Part shown: positions 36,599 through 47,188 of the stretch, one piece after another | Layout: each line of letters begins with the position of its first letter | Numbering within the stretch: position 1 is the first letter of the stretch | Virus record (IMG/VR): IMGVR_UViG_3300020037_003123 | Span: 3,412-67,411 of that record | DNA from: a virus | Lineage: Duplodnaviria > Caudoviricetes | Reading direction: 5' to 3' (one strand) | Length of the DNA stretch: 64,000 nucleotides | Notes under the pieces: generated by a model | The model's database searches: none | What the model was told of the DNA's origin: nothing | What the model saw: the letters and a program-made list of their open reading frames with translations, nothing else | Made by a program: the position numbers and the translations under genes

Positions 36599-38215
36599 TT
36601 AAAGAGTATTTAAACCAGCAACATATACTTTTCCGTAATAATCAGGTCTGATCATTTTCTTCGCGTAACGAGTCATCAATCCTTTACGTGGAGTGAAGGT
36701 AGATGGATCGTATAATAGCGGAGTCATGATTAACGGAACATACGGAGCGAATACAGCACCACATTCTAAGAACTGAGCACCTTTATAACCCATTAAGATT
36801 ACGTTTTCAGTCATATAAGGGTTTTTGTAAACTTTGTAACGGCTGTTTAATGAACCGATTTTTTGGATACCGAAGTTAAATTCCATTTTTTCACCATCAC
36901 CATCAGCTGCGAATCCTGGGATTGATTCCAAGATAGTAGCTACTGTAGGAGAAGTTACTAAGAAATTAGCACCACCTCTTAATGTTAATTGGTGAATTTT
37001 GTTAGAAACTTTTTGTAATTTTGTACCTAAAGTTTGGAACCAACCACCTTGAGTATTGTAGTAACCTAAAGATGTAGCAGCACCTGTAGCATCTAATGAT
37101 GTGTTGTTAACTGCAGACCAACGTTCAACAGTGAATGCATTTTCGATTAACATATCTAATAACTCAAGATCAATTTCCATAGAAATATATTGAGATAAGA
37201 TACCAGTTAATTCAGCTTCAGCATCAACACTGTGGTAAGCGTTAAGGTCTTGAGCGAACTCAGGAGTCCATTGTGCTTTTAATTTACGTGTTTTAGCAAC
37301 GATTGGTTCAGATTTTAATTGAACGTTGATTTCTGGAATAGCGATTGCAGATGTTCCGTTTGCGCTTGGAAAACCAGCACCAGTAGCATCTTCGAAATCA
37401 CCACGAGATGTAGCTGTAGGAGCAGCACTGTAATATAATACTACAGCAGGAGCAGCAACTGCTACTAATGAACCAGTTACAACAAAAGAAGCAGTGTTGT
37501 TAGATACAGTTGTGAATGCTTGTAAAATGTTTGCAGCACCGATTGAACCAGAAGTAATAATAAATGATCTAACTGCATTTTGGTCTGCGATTGGAGCACC
37601 AGAAGTAGCAGTGATAGGTAGAGGAACTAAGATTTTTTTATATCTACCAGCAGCAGCAGAAGCTGAATAGTCAGAATCAAAGTTCATATCAGCCCAAGTT
37701 GCAGAAGCTGTAACAGCAGCAACAGAAGAACTGAATTGGTTGATTGAATAACTAAATTGTCCAGCACCATATAAAGATGAAGAAGCAATGTCAGTTACGT
37801 TTGTAGTTGCATTAGCACCATACAAAGAACCACCAGCAGTGTAAGGAGTTACGTTAGTACCATATTTGAAATCTAGATAAAATACTAGACCTGAAGGTAA
37901 GTTCATTGGTTGAACGCTAACGAATTCTTTCGCTGCGATTTCACCAAATACTCTTCTTACTAATGGTAAAGCAACACCGTTCCAAGCTTCCTGTGCATAA
38001 GCACCACCACCTACAGTACCAGTACCAGTTGTAGAAGCTTCAGTAACTAATTGTTTAGCTTGGTTTTCAAGTAACATCGCCATTGTGTTACGTTCACCTT
38101 CGCTTTTAATGCCTTCTAAAAGGCCGGACTTAACCCATTTCTGGCTAAGTTTTTTAGCATCATCAGCAATAACTTTGTATTGGTTAGATGACTCTAAAAG
38201 TTGTTGAATGTTCAT
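36599..38215 (-). CDS. gp23: Major capsid protein (T4 gp23-like)
   Basis: VQPMNLPSGLVF, AKTRKLKA.WT.E.AQDL.A.H..DAE, EID, APYVPL, TRY. Confidence 0.97.
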   Translation of the reverse strand: MNIQQLLESSNQYKVIADDAKKLSQKWVKSGLLEGIKSEGERNTMAMLLENQAKQLVTEASTTGTGTVGGGAYAQEAWNGVALPLVRRVFGEIAAKEFVSVQPMNLPSGLVFYLDFKYGTNVTPYTAGGSLYGANATTNVTDIASSSLYGAGQFSYSINQFSSSVAAVTASATWADMNFDSDYSASAAAGRYKKILVPLPITATSGAPIADQNAVRSFIITSGSIGAANILQAFTTVSNNTASFVVTGSLVAVAAPAVVLYYSAAPTATSRGDFEDATGAGFPSANGTSAIAIPEINVQLKSEPIVAKTRKLKAQWTPEFAQDLNAYHSVDAEAELTGILSQYISMEIDLELLDMLIENAFTVERWSAVNNTSLDATGAATSLGYYNTQGGWFQTLGTKLQKVSNKIHQLTLRGGANFLVTSPTVATILESIPGFAADGDGEKMEFNFGIQKIGSLNSRYKVYKNPYMTENVILMGYKGAQFLECGAVFAPYVPLIMTPLLYDPSTFTPRKGLMTRYAKKMIRPDYYGKVYVAGLNTL

Positions 38216-38240
38216 TTTTTAAAAATTTTGTTTTGTTTTT

Positions 38241-39320
38241 TTACTTAATAATGTTTGCAAGTTTTTGCATTCTAGCAATTGCATCGTTTGATTCAACGAT
38301 TACTTTGCTTGGTGCGATTCCAGCAGCTTTAGAAGCAAATCCTAGAGATTCTTTGATTGGCTTTTTAGTTGCAGCTGTTAATGCCGTGCTAAGTGATTCA
38401 AATACGACTTTAGCTTCTCTTACGTTTGTAGCTTTGTCAAATGAAGCAATAACATGGACTTTTTGTGATTCAGTTAAGTTTTTAGACTTGAAGATTTTGT
38501 TTACGTAAAGAAGTTTAGCGTTTAACAAATTAACTTCGTTAAGTTCGTTACGAAGAGCTTGAATAGTAGCAATTGCTTCTTTCATTTCAGATTTTTCTTT
38601 CTTTTCTTTTCCAGATGCATGTTCTGCTTTTTCTTCAGCTTTAGTTTCGCCTTTTTCGTGTTTAGATTTTTTCTTAACTTCTTCTAGTTCCTCTTCATCT
38701 TTCATTTCATCAAGAGCGTCTAGTTCAGCTAATAATTCATCTAAATTGATTTCTTCTTCTTCACCAGATGGTGCTTCTTCTCCTGCTTCAGCTCCCATAT
38801 CCATCATTTCTTCACCACCACCCATTTCTTGAGCAACGATGTCTTTGATAAGATCTTTGAGTTCATCAACAGTCATGTCAGCAACTTCAACTTCTTCTTC
38901 TTTTTCTTCTCCGTCTTCTTCCTCTTCTTCTTCACCTTCTTCTTCCTCTTCTTCTTCTTTAGCTTCTTCTAATTCTTCATACTCTTCTTCTTCTTCACCT
39001 TCATCTTCTAGTTCAGCTAAAATAGCAGAAAGGTCGATTTCTTCTAGTTCTTCTTCTTTTCCCTCAAGAGCAGCACCGGTTGCGCGGTATCTATCTTGAA
39101 TAGGATCAGTTGTGGTGTCCGGATACATTCCTTCTTCCATTTCTTCTTCGTCTTTAAGACCTTCTTCTTCGTACTCCATCTCGTTTAACTTTGCAGCTAA
39201 CATAGATTGGATTTTCGGAGTCAAAGCTTCCTCAAGAGCGGCTTTTGCGTTTGCTAACGCTGCTTCGCGAACGGCTTTTGCGTCTGCGATAGCTTCTTGA
39301 AATAAGTTTTTGTTTGACAT
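38241..39320 (-). CDS. Prohead scaffold/core protein
   Basis: Highly Glu-rich coiled coil between the protease and capsid genes. Confidence 0.8.
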   Translation of the reverse strand: MSNKNLFQEAIADAKAVREAALANAKAALEEALTPKIQSMLAAKLNEMEYEEEGLKDEEEMEEGMYPDTTTDPIQDRYRATGAALEGKEEELEEIDLSAILAELEDEGEEEEEYEELEEAKEEEEEEEGEEEEEEDGEEKEEEVEVADMTVDELKDLIKDIVAQEMGGGEEMMDMGAEAGEEAPSGEEEEINLDELLAELDALDEMKDEEELEEVKKKSKHEKGETKAEEKAEHASGKEKKEKSEMKEAIATIQALRNELNEVNLLNAKLLYVNKIFKSKNLTESQKVHVIASFDKATNVREAKVVFESLSTALTAATKKPIKESLGFASKAAGIAPSKVIVESNDAIARMQKLANIIK

Positions 39321-39441
39321 AATTTGTTTCTCCTTAAATTTTTGTTTAGGAAATAAGATTATTAGGAATCTTAATAGGGGGTTTGTTAATACCGAGCTAT
39401 CATAAGGGATGGATAGCTATTGTGGGCTTAATCATAAATAT
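39321..39441 (-). promoter_or_regulatory. Promoter motif and structured leader of the scaffold-capsid operon
   Basis: ATATTTAT at 39434-39441; hairpins at 39395-39418 and 39354-39373; AAGGAG at 39330-39335. Confidence 0.55.
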
Positions 39442-39470
39442 ATGTAAGAAATGAAAACCGCGAAGAGCTG

Positions 39471-40109
39471 TTAACATAATGCACAAACTCCTGTCTGTGT
39501 ACATATAATTTCGGTGATTAATGAATTAACTTTACTGTAATCGCTAACAATATTATTATATTGTTTGCTTTCTTGCATTGCTAATTTATTAACGGGTTGC
39601 ATGTAAGCGTTTGGAGTGGATGGAACTGATACTAAATCCCAACATAATAGTTCGAAGTCGTCTTGTACCTCTACTGTTTCACCTAATTGTTTTACTGAAC
39701 CCATACCGCGAGATGAAATACCTAATGGTATTCCAGCGGATACTATTTCTTGTGCAATTTTACCTGATGGAGTATTTAATAATATTAATTCACCCATTAC
39801 ATCATTACCTTCCCACCATACTTTAGTAATAAGGTGTGATACGTTATTTAAGTTAATTACAGATGATTCTGGATGATCTAATTCGCCTGTTGCTGTTTTA
39901 GATGCTACTGGACCTTTTATATATTCGTCAACTTGTTTTTTAAGTATTTCTAATGGATATACACGACCATTACCATTTTTTACATCGGCTTCTTGTAATT
40001 TACCCTTAACGCGCATGCGTTTATCAGATGGGTTTTCTTTACTTTCAATTAATGAAAGTTTAGCTACGTGAAATGGTATATAATCTACTAGTAATTGACG
40101 TTGTTCCAT
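39471..40109 (-). CDS. gp21: Prohead core protease (T4 gp21-like)
   Basis: NGNGRVYP, GELDHP, GISSRGMGS, WDLVS.PS. Confidence 0.93.
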   Translation of the reverse strand: MEQRQLLVDYIPFHVAKLSLIESKENPSDKRMRVKGKLQEADVKNGNGRVYPLEILKKQVDEYIKGPVASKTATGELDHPESSVINLNNVSHLITKVWWEGNDVMGELILLNTPSGKIAQEIVSAGIPLGISSRGMGSVKQLGETVEVQDDFELLCWDLVSVPSTPNAYMQPVNKLAMQESKQYNNIVSDYSKVNSLITEIICTQTGVCALC

Positions 40110-40110
40110 A

Positions 40111-41508
40111 TTATTTATTTTCTCCGGTTTCGTCGTATTTGGTTCCTAACATACCATACGACATATTAGCACGACCATCGAATATTTCTTTCATTTCTTC
40201 ACGAATCATTTCTTTAAGACGTTCTTTAGCTAATGCTTTATCTACTGATTCGCGAATTGTTTTCATTTTTTCTCCAGTAGGGTCTGCTTTTTGAACACCA
40301 CGAACTGTTTTAGCAATGAATGTAAGTTCTTCAACACCTTTAACTATTTTATTGGTTTCTTTTTTAGCATCGGCGTCTTTTTTAGCTTTTTCTATGTTTT
40401 TAACGGGCTGCATACCCATTTTTTTATCAACTAAATTATCATCTTTAACAGGTTGCATTTGGCGTGCTTCAGCATTTGCTGATTTACCACCAAGATATTC
40501 TGGTTCGTATCCTTCTTTACCAGACATAAGTGCTGATGTGTAATAAATTGGGTTTTTCTTAAGATTTTTGATTACTATTTTAGCAGCTTCAACTTTAGTT
40601 AATTGGTGATTTTTTTCTATTTCATAATCAATACCAATTAATACTTCTTGACCGTTTAAATTATCAATTTCTTTGAATTGGTCGTACATTGATTTGCCGT
40701 TAGCGTTTGTCCATCTGCCTTTTTCGTCTTTAGCTTCGTTCAATTTTCCTTCCCTAGGAGCAGACATTTCATCACCCATGTTGCCTGGATATAAATCTAC
40801 GTTGTTTGCTTTTAATTTTTTATATTGTGGGAATGGATTTGCTAAATCTTTAGCGAGTTTAGCCATATGCCCTGTTAAACCAGGTTCACCAGAGTGGAAT
40901 TTTTTATATTCCGGATCTCTGTCCATATTTGCTGTTAACCAATCTGGCCAAGTATCAGGATCCATACTGGCATATTGCGCAGCATCATCTGGGTCTTTAA
41001 CATATTTTAAAAGAATATCTACTATATCATAGTTTGCTTCTTCTAATCCTATTTTATCTAATTTAGTATAATATTGTGGGTCTTCGGCTAAATGATCTAA
41101 AGCAATTTCTTCAGCTTTTACAGGATCATTTGTATGTTCTTTTTCAACAGCAATACCTTTAGCTAATTCTGCAGGATCAACATCAAGATTTTTTTCTTTT
41201 AAATTACTTTTTTCTAAATTATTAATAATATCCCAATTACTATCAGAAACATAAATAGTATCTTTAGTACCATCTTCATATTCAACGCTGTATGAAGAAT
41301 CTTCATTTTGTTTGTATGTTTTGATTGTTTTCCCTTTTATATCAGCTTCAGTCAATATACCTTTGTTTTTAAGGATTCTTACTGAATCATTGAATGAAGT
41401 TACATTAGTAATATATTGAGGCATAGTCATACGTAAATTACGCATGAAATTTTGTTGGGTCATTCTACCCTCTTTCAAATCGATGTATTGTTGTTTGATG
41501 CTTTTCAT
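40111..41508 (-). CDS. Large head-associated protein containing a DUF5661-like segment
   Basis: ELAKGIAVEKEH...EIALDHL.EDP.YY.KL; several L/I-x-E sites. Confidence 0.6.
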   Translation of the reverse strand: MKSIKQQYIDLKEGRMTQQNFMRNLRMTMPQYITNVTSFNDSVRILKNKGILTEADIKGKTIKTYKQNEDSSYSVEYEDGTKDTIYVSDSNWDIINNLEKSNLKEKNLDVDPAELAKGIAVEKEHTNDPVKAEEIALDHLAEDPQYYTKLDKIGLEEANYDIVDILLKYVKDPDDAAQYASMDPDTWPDWLTANMDRDPEYKKFHSGEPGLTGHMAKLAKDLANPFPQYKKLKANNVDLYPGNMGDEMSAPREGKLNEAKDEKGRWTNANGKSMYDQFKEIDNLNGQEVLIGIDYEIEKNHQLTKVEAAKIVIKNLKKNPIYYTSALMSGKEGYEPEYLGGKSANAEARQMQPVKDDNLVDKKMGMQPVKNIEKAKKDADAKKETNKIVKGVEELTFIAKTVRGVQKADPTGEKMKTIRESVDKALAKERLKEMIREEMKEIFDGRANMSYGMLGTKYDETGENK

Positions 41509-41520
41509 GAATATAAATAT

Positions 41521-41652
41521 TTAAACTTTGCCTTGACCACGATAATTACGTGATTTTCTGTCGTGTTTGTTAAATGATTTTTGTGCTTTGCCACTTTTTT
41601 TAGTGCCAAATGATAATTTATTACTTTCAGAAGAACTTTTAATTTTTGCCAT
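41521..41652 (-). CDS. Unannotated 43-aa basic peptide ending YRGQGKV
   Basis: MAKIKSSSESNKLSFGTKKSGKAQKSFNKHDRKSRNYRGQGKV; TAATG overlap with the upstream gene. Confidence 0.7.
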   Translation of the reverse strand: MAKIKSSSESNKLSFGTKKSGKAQKSFNKHDRKSRNYRGQGKV

Positions 41653-42350
41653 TACTGGTGAAGATTTTTAATTTTATTATTTAATTGGTTTACCATTTCA
41701 GAAATAGTTGCTATATTTTTTTCTGTATTTTTCCAATATTTTAATCCTTCTTCACCTTCGCTTAATTCTTGTTTCATACGAGAAGTGTATTCAACAATAC
41801 GATCAATTTCAGATAATTTACGTTTTACTTCACGTATTGCTTTGTGTAGTTGTTCGTTTTTAGTTCTGAATTTTACTTCGTTTTTGAATTTATTGTATGT
41901 TACTTCGTTAAGTAATTCTTCTTTAACGATATTTTCTAATGATTCTTTCATATTTTCTTTTACAGCGCTTGCATAGTACCCACCACCTTTAGAAGCAGAG
42001 CTAGGACCTGTGTAGCCACTAGGTGCTGTGTAGCCACTAGCCTCTCCTCGTTTTGATGGTCGATCGTAGTTACTAAGTTCGTTATATATTTTTACTTTTT
42101 TCTTCTTCTTACCAGTTAAAGATACATAATCTTTTACTTTAGAATCACCAGGCATTTCGGTTTCACCTTTAGTTACTTTCATTCCCTGTTTTTCTGCGGT
42201 TTTAGTAGCAGCGTTTTTCTTTTGTCCTTTAGGAGAAAAAGCATATGGTGTCATGATAGGACCAGCACCAACGCCAATAGCGCCTGTAGCTGATTCTTCA
42301 CTCATTACTTCACGAGCAAGTTGTTTAATATATTCTTTTAATTTATCCAT
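41652..42350 (-). CDS. Hypothetical head-module protein
   Basis: Coupled to neighbours; L-x-E sites (LLNEV). Confidence 0.7.
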   Translation of the reverse strand: MDKLKEYIKQLAREVMSEESATGAIGVGAGPIMTPYAFSPKGQKKNAATKTAEKQGMKVTKGETEMPGDSKVKDYVSLTGKKKKKVKIYNELSNYDRPSKRGEASGYTAPSGYTGPSSASKGGGYYASAVKENMKESLENIVKEELLNEVTYNKFKNEVKFRTKNEQLHKAIREVKRKLSEIDRIVEYTSRMKQELSEGEEGLKYWKNTEKNIATISEMVNQLNNKIKNLHQ

Positions 42351-43207
42351 TACTTGGTAGCTTTTAACTCGTCAATTAATTGGTAATATTGTAATAACGA
42401 AACAAGATTTTCGTCTTTTACGTTTTGAGTTTTTTCGATTGGTTTAACCATATTAACAACTTCATTTATCTTAATTTGAGTTGTTTTGTCGGTTACGCTT
42501 TTATTTAACTTAACTAATTCAGTTTTAATTGCAATAGAGTTTTCATTAACAAACTCACGTAATTTAACTGTATTAGAAATGTTGTTAATATATTCTTTAA
42601 GAACTAATTTTTGTTTATCGGATAGAGATGAGTATTTGCTGTTGAAGCGTTCTAACAGTTTTTTATACGTTAGTAAACGCATACCTTTATCCATTTTCAT
42701 AAACTCTTCCATTAATCTATCGCCTGCTTTTTCTTTATCTATTTCAGTACGAGAGATATGTTCAAGTAACGTTAATTTGTTTTCAATTACTTGATCAGGA
42801 TTTGTAAATTCTAATGAATTATGTGCTTCAATTAATGTACAGGCAGCCGCATATTGTTTATAATTGTTGATTTTTGCTTTAAAAAAATCTTCAATGTTAT
42901 ATGCCTCACGAATAGCCTTGATTAAATTATACTTTTCGTTACGAAGCGCTGAGCGATTTAAACGAGAAGATAATTCTAATGTAGCGTTAATTAGTGATTC
43001 TGCTTTAACCTCAGATAATGCTTTAGAATTAACCAATGCTTGATATATTTTATGTTCTTTAGCTAATTCTGTTTTATTAAAGTGTTTCTTTAAAATATCT
43101 ACAGCAGGTGAATCTTTCCCAGAAAGGGTGTCTGAAGTAATTTGACGAACCAATAATTCAAATATTAGTCCGCTGTTTTTGAATTTGTTGTGTTTTATTT
43201 TGTCCAT
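42350..43207 (-). CDS. Conserved hypothetical protein next to the portal
   Basis: KH.KFKNSGLIFELLVRQITSD. Start moved to ATG 43207 because the promoter motif lies at 43224-43231. Confidence 0.75.
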   Translation of the reverse strand: MDKIKHNKFKNSGLIFELLVRQITSDTLSGKDSPAVDILKKHFNKTELAKEHKIYQALVNSKALSEVKAESLINATLELSSRLNRSALRNEKYNLIKAIREAYNIEDFFKAKINNYKQYAAACTLIEAHNSLEFTNPDQVIENKLTLLEHISRTEIDKEKAGDRLMEEFMKMDKGMRLLTYKKLLERFNSKYSSLSDKQKLVLKEYINNISNTVKLREFVNENSIAIKTELVKLNKSVTDKTTQIKINEVVNMVKPIEKTQNVKDENLVSLLQYYQLIDELKATK

Positions 43208-43238
43208 ATAGTATGCACTATCTATAAATATATGTTTG

Positions 43239-45137
43239 TTATATGTCTCTAATATTTTCCTCATTTAATAGTGTAGGCTCATCATCACCAAACACCATAT
43301 CTTTATCTTTTCTAGGTATGGTTTTAAACATATCTTTAAGACGTAAAGATTCAGCTAATGCTAATGGAGAACCGCCTTTAGGTGTACCATTTTCTTCAGG
43401 TTTATTTGCAGTATATAATGTACCATTTTCTTCTCTACCTAATCTATCTTTACCTAGTGGGTCGTTTTGCGTACCAATCATAGATGATTTTTCTTTAGGG
43501 CGGCCAACTGGGCGATCTTCATCATATCCTGGAGGAACATCTGATTTTTTAGCTCCATTATATCTTCCAGCACCATATAATGTGGCTAAATCATGAGGTG
43601 TACCATATGATTTACCAGATTTTGCTGGATCATTACCTTCGTTTTCAATTTGACCTAATCTAAAGCTACGTTTCATATCTTCAGCAACTAAATCACGTAA
43701 TTCATCATATTGATCTTCGCTGAATTGGAATAAGAAATTATAAATCCAGTCAGAAGGAATTAATTTACTATCTTGCATATCTTTAGCTAATGCAATTTTT
43801 TCCTTCCATAGCGCTACTTTTTCTTGTTCATAAATTACTGATGGTGTAGATAAATGTAATTCAAAATTAGCTAATGATTCACCATCATATCCTTGAACAT
43901 ATAAGTGTACTAATGCTATTTTATATAATTCACTTAATACAATACGTTGAATACGTTCTACTGTACGAGCGAAACGAATATCTTCAGCAGCTAATGTAGC
44001 TTTACCAGTTAAATCTTTTTCAAATCCAAAGAATGCTTTAGGTACTTTTAATGCAGCTAACATTTCATCACGTAAGAAGTTTACGTCTTCTATTGCATTA
44101 TACTCTAAACCTTTGATTGTATCAATTTTAGTGTTTGAGTTAGCACCACGTTGAGGAATGTAAAAATCTTCCATTACATTCATCATATTATATTTCAAGT
44201 TATATTCACCTGTATTTTTATCGATGTATGGTGTTTTTTGCATTTTTTGCTTTAAACGTTCCATGTAAGCATCAACTTCAGCAGGAGGCATATTACCTAT
44301 GTCAACATAAAATACACGTTTTTCCGGGGCACGGGTGATACGATGCAAGAGCATTGCATCCTTCATCAAAATATATTGTTTATAAGTTTTACGAGCTGGT
44401 TCTATAAATGATCTGCCATAAGGAAGGTAGTTAGCATCTGTTAATAGACGGAAGTGAGCAATTTCGTAATTTTCAAATTTGATTTTACCATCTCTATCTT
44501 TAACACGGCTATTGATACCACCAGCGGCAATAACCATTGGATCAATTTTAAAACATACGTAAGATGGATTTTGAGGATCCATACCTTCTTCACGTACCAT
44601 ATCATAAACAGACATTGGTGTTACATTATATACACCAAATTTTTCAGCTATTTCAAGGTGTAAATAAAAATCACCATATTTACACATATTTCTAACCCAC
44701 ATCCATAAATTAAACTCAACATTTAATATATCATAGAATAGGTTATAAAGTATACGTTGGATATTTTCATCTGATGATTTAATCTGTACTACTTCGTTTG
44801 CTTCATTTTTTAATGTTGTTTCATCAGCTACTATATCGAGAGCAGAAGCAATAATTGATTCCGTATCCATTGCTTCATAGTCAGTATATAACTGAATACG
44901 AAGTGTTTGATAGTTCATCGTTGGGTTATATGGCATATTAGCACCATAACGATGAAGTTTTGTAAATCTATCAATTAAAGCATTGGTTTTTACGTTACCA
45001 TATGCTTGGATACGGTCTGTATCTACTACTTTTAATTGGTTTCCACCAACATTTCTGATTACTACATCTGTACTGAATAAACGGGTTAACCTACTAAATA
45101 AACCAGTGCCCGCATTATTATTTTTTTCTTCAGCCAT
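43239..45137 (-). CDS. gp20: Portal protein (T4 gp20-like)
   Basis: R.TRAPE.RVFYVD.GN.P, MEDF..P.R, EI.TI.G-like segment, ALKVP. Confidence 0.93.
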   Translation of the reverse strand: MAEEKNNNAGTGLFSRLTRLFSTDVVIRNVGGNQLKVVDTDRIQAYGNVKTNALIDRFTKLHRYGANMPYNPTMNYQTLRIQLYTDYEAMDTESIIASALDIVADETTLKNEANEVVQIKSSDENIQRILYNLFYDILNVEFNLWMWVRNMCKYGDFYLHLEIAEKFGVYNVTPMSVYDMVREEGMDPQNPSYVCFKIDPMVIAAGGINSRVKDRDGKIKFENYEIAHFRLLTDANYLPYGRSFIEPARKTYKQYILMKDAMLLHRITRAPEKRVFYVDIGNMPPAEVDAYMERLKQKMQKTPYIDKNTGEYNLKYNMMNVMEDFYIPQRGANSNTKIDTIKGLEYNAIEDVNFLRDEMLAALKVPKAFFGFEKDLTGKATLAAEDIRFARTVERIQRIVLSELYKIALVHLYVQGYDGESLANFELHLSTPSVIYEQEKVALWKEKIALAKDMQDSKLIPSDWIYNFLFQFSEDQYDELRDLVAEDMKRSFRLGQIENEGNDPAKSGKSYGTPHDLATLYGAGRYNGAKKSDVPPGYDEDRPVGRPKEKSSMIGTQNDPLGKDRLGREENGTLYTANKPEENGTPKGGSPLALAESLRLKDMFKTIPRKDKDMVFGDDEPTLLNEENIRDI

Positions 45138-45172
45138 TAATATGTTTTATTATGTCTATAAATATTTATCAA

Positions 45173-46747
45173 CTATAACATCCAACGTAGGTCTTCAACA
45201 CCATATGGTGTTTCGATCTGGTATGGGTTTTGAGCATCGTTAGGCAATAATGTAATTGGACTACTGTTATTAGAAATATTATTTAAAGCTGCTCTTTGTA
45301 AATTTACGCCTTGTTGATAAAATTTTACTCCAGTATCTCTTGTAAATAATCCAATACCTAATGCCATAACTAAATCATCATTATAACCATTTTGCGCTTG
45401 TGCTTTTCCATTTTGCCAAATAAACACTCTTAATTCTTCTAATAGTCGTTTTGATCTAAATATAAAATGTCTATCTCGAATATACGCCTCTAGTTTTGAG
45501 ATAACAAGTGGTCTTGTCTTAGCTGATGTGGTAAATCCAGGAACTGTTTGCTCACTATCCATTTTAGCCATCCATTTATCAATATTCAATTCGCCATATG
45601 CGCGAGGTGAATAATATAAATTTTGATATCCTTTTTCTATAATAGTATTTACTACATCCCATCCTACGTTAGCGTTTTCTACTACTAACAAAGCATTGTT
45701 ATACTCTGTTGCAACAGAAACTAACATATTACCAAATGTTCTTGTGTCAATTTGTGATTTATATTCTGCTACTTGCTCACATGATTCGATATCAATAACA
45801 TGAAATGCTGAGTAGTCACTGCCATCTCCTCGAGCCACATCAGCGCAAACAATATATTGTTTACTATAATCTGCATAATTCCATATCCAAAAGTCGCCAC
45901 CCATAAAGCGGCGTTCCACAGGTTCTTGTACAAAAGTTTGTTCATAAAAAGTTAAGTTATCGGGTTCAATTAATGAATTACCGGAACCTAAGAAGTCACA
46001 GTCATACTCTTGAGCAAATTCACGTGCTGACATGTTTGCTCGTTCTGTTTCTTCCCATTTACTATCTCTATCTGGGTGTAAATCCCATCTTAATTTAATT
46101 GCTTTGAAATCGTTTTTGTTAACCTCAGCTTCAGTGTACATTTTATGAAACCAGTTACCAACACCATTTGGAGAGGATAATGCTATAATACCTCCACCCG
46201 TTGCAATGGTTGGTTTAATACTTGTGTATATTTTATCAATACCTTCAATGAAAGCAGCCTCATCTATTATTAGTAAAGATACTGCGTAAGATCTACCTGC
46301 ATCTGATGCGGCTGATGTAGCTACAATTTGAGAGTTGTTAGCTAGTTTAAGTGATAATTTGTTATCTGAGATTGGTTTTTGACTTCCTTTAAGCCAATTA
46401 GGTAAGTTATTGTACATAAATTGTACTTTTTCAACCATACCTTTTGCCGTTTCTTGTTTTGTTGCTATACATAACACAGTTTTATCTTTATTAAATAGCA
46501 TTGTCCATAAAGCATAACCAGCAGATAAGGTAGAGATACCTAACTGTCGGGACTTATTTATAATAGAGAAACGATGATTCCTAAAATCGTTTAATACATC
46601 CTCTTGGAAAGGATATAAATGAAATAATACTCTACCTTTAACGGGGTGAGTAATATAACAATATTTGCGAAAGAAATGTACAGGATCCATCGCACATTTG
46701 ATATATTCCTGTTTAATTATTTCTTTTATATTGGGTTGTTCTGCCAT
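45173..46747 (-). CDS. gp17: Terminase large subunit (T4 gp17-like)
   Basis: KSRQLG.ST, IIDEAAF, SSPNG, ADVARG.G.DYS, VVE.AN.G, DDLVMA. Confidence 0.95.
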   Translation of the reverse strand: MAEQPNIKEIIKQEYIKCAMDPVHFFRKYCYITHPVKGRVLFHLYPFQEDVLNDFRNHRFSIINKSRQLGISTLSAGYALWTMLFNKDKTVLCIATKQETAKGMVEKVQFMYNNLPNWLKGSQKPISDNKLSLKLANNSQIVATSAASDAGRSYAVSLLIIDEAAFIEGIDKIYTSIKPTIATGGGIIALSSPNGVGNWFHKMYTEAEVNKNDFKAIKLRWDLHPDRDSKWEETERANMSAREFAQEYDCDFLGSGNSLIEPDNLTFYEQTFVQEPVERRFMGGDFWIWNYADYSKQYIVCADVARGDGSDYSAFHVIDIESCEQVAEYKSQIDTRTFGNMLVSVATEYNNALLVVENANVGWDVVNTIIEKGYQNLYYSPRAYGELNIDKWMAKMDSEQTVPGFTTSAKTRPLVISKLEAYIRDRHFIFRSKRLLEELRVFIWQNGKAQAQNGYNDDLVMALGIGLFTRDTGVKFYQQGVNLQRAALNNISNNSSPITLLPNDAQNPYQIETPYGVEDLRWML

Positions 46748-46786
46748 ATTATATACTGTTTATTGTATATAAATATATAAGATGAA

Positions 46787-47188
46787 TTACTTCGTAAGAA
46801 GTATATATGTTAATCCACCTACTAGACCACCAATAGTAATACCGAATATAGTATTAGTAAATATGTTTTTTATTTTTAGTCGTCTATTTTGTTTTTGTAA
46901 ATCTTTAACAAATTTACCTTGTATTTCAAATTTATCTTGTTCGTTTTTAATACGTTGTTCATACATTGTATCTTTTTGGATATAATTTGATATAATACTA
47001 TCTTTAAGTATTACTTTATATTCAGTTAATTTAAGTTGATCTTTAATCAATTCATGAATTGCTTTAACACTATCACATCCAACTAATTCCTTTGCTATTT
47101 GTTTAGCTACTGGGGTGGGTATTTTGATTGTATCTTGTGCTTTGGTTAGCGTTGATATAAATAATAATATTATTAATAGTTGTTTCAT
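46787..47188 (-). CDS. Envelope protein with signal peptide, coiled coil and C-terminal TM (spanin-like candidate)
   Basis: Hydrophobic N- and C-termini flanking a coiled coil. Confidence 0.5.
   Translation of the reverse strand: MKQLLIILLFISTLTKAQDTIKIPTPVAKQIAKELVGCDSVKAIHELIKDQLKLTEYKVILKDSIISNYIQKDTMYEQRIKNEQDKFEIQGKFVKDLQKQNRRLKIKNIFTNTIFGITIGGLVGGLTYILLTK

Noticed and set aside
38690-39180. GAA-rich low-complexity repeats
   Set aside because: Explained by the Glu-rich scaffold protein.
5522-46747. Introns or inteins in RNR, helicase, recombinase, polymerase, capsid or terminase
   Set aside because: Each is one continuous ORF of ordinary or short length with no recognisable splicing motifs.
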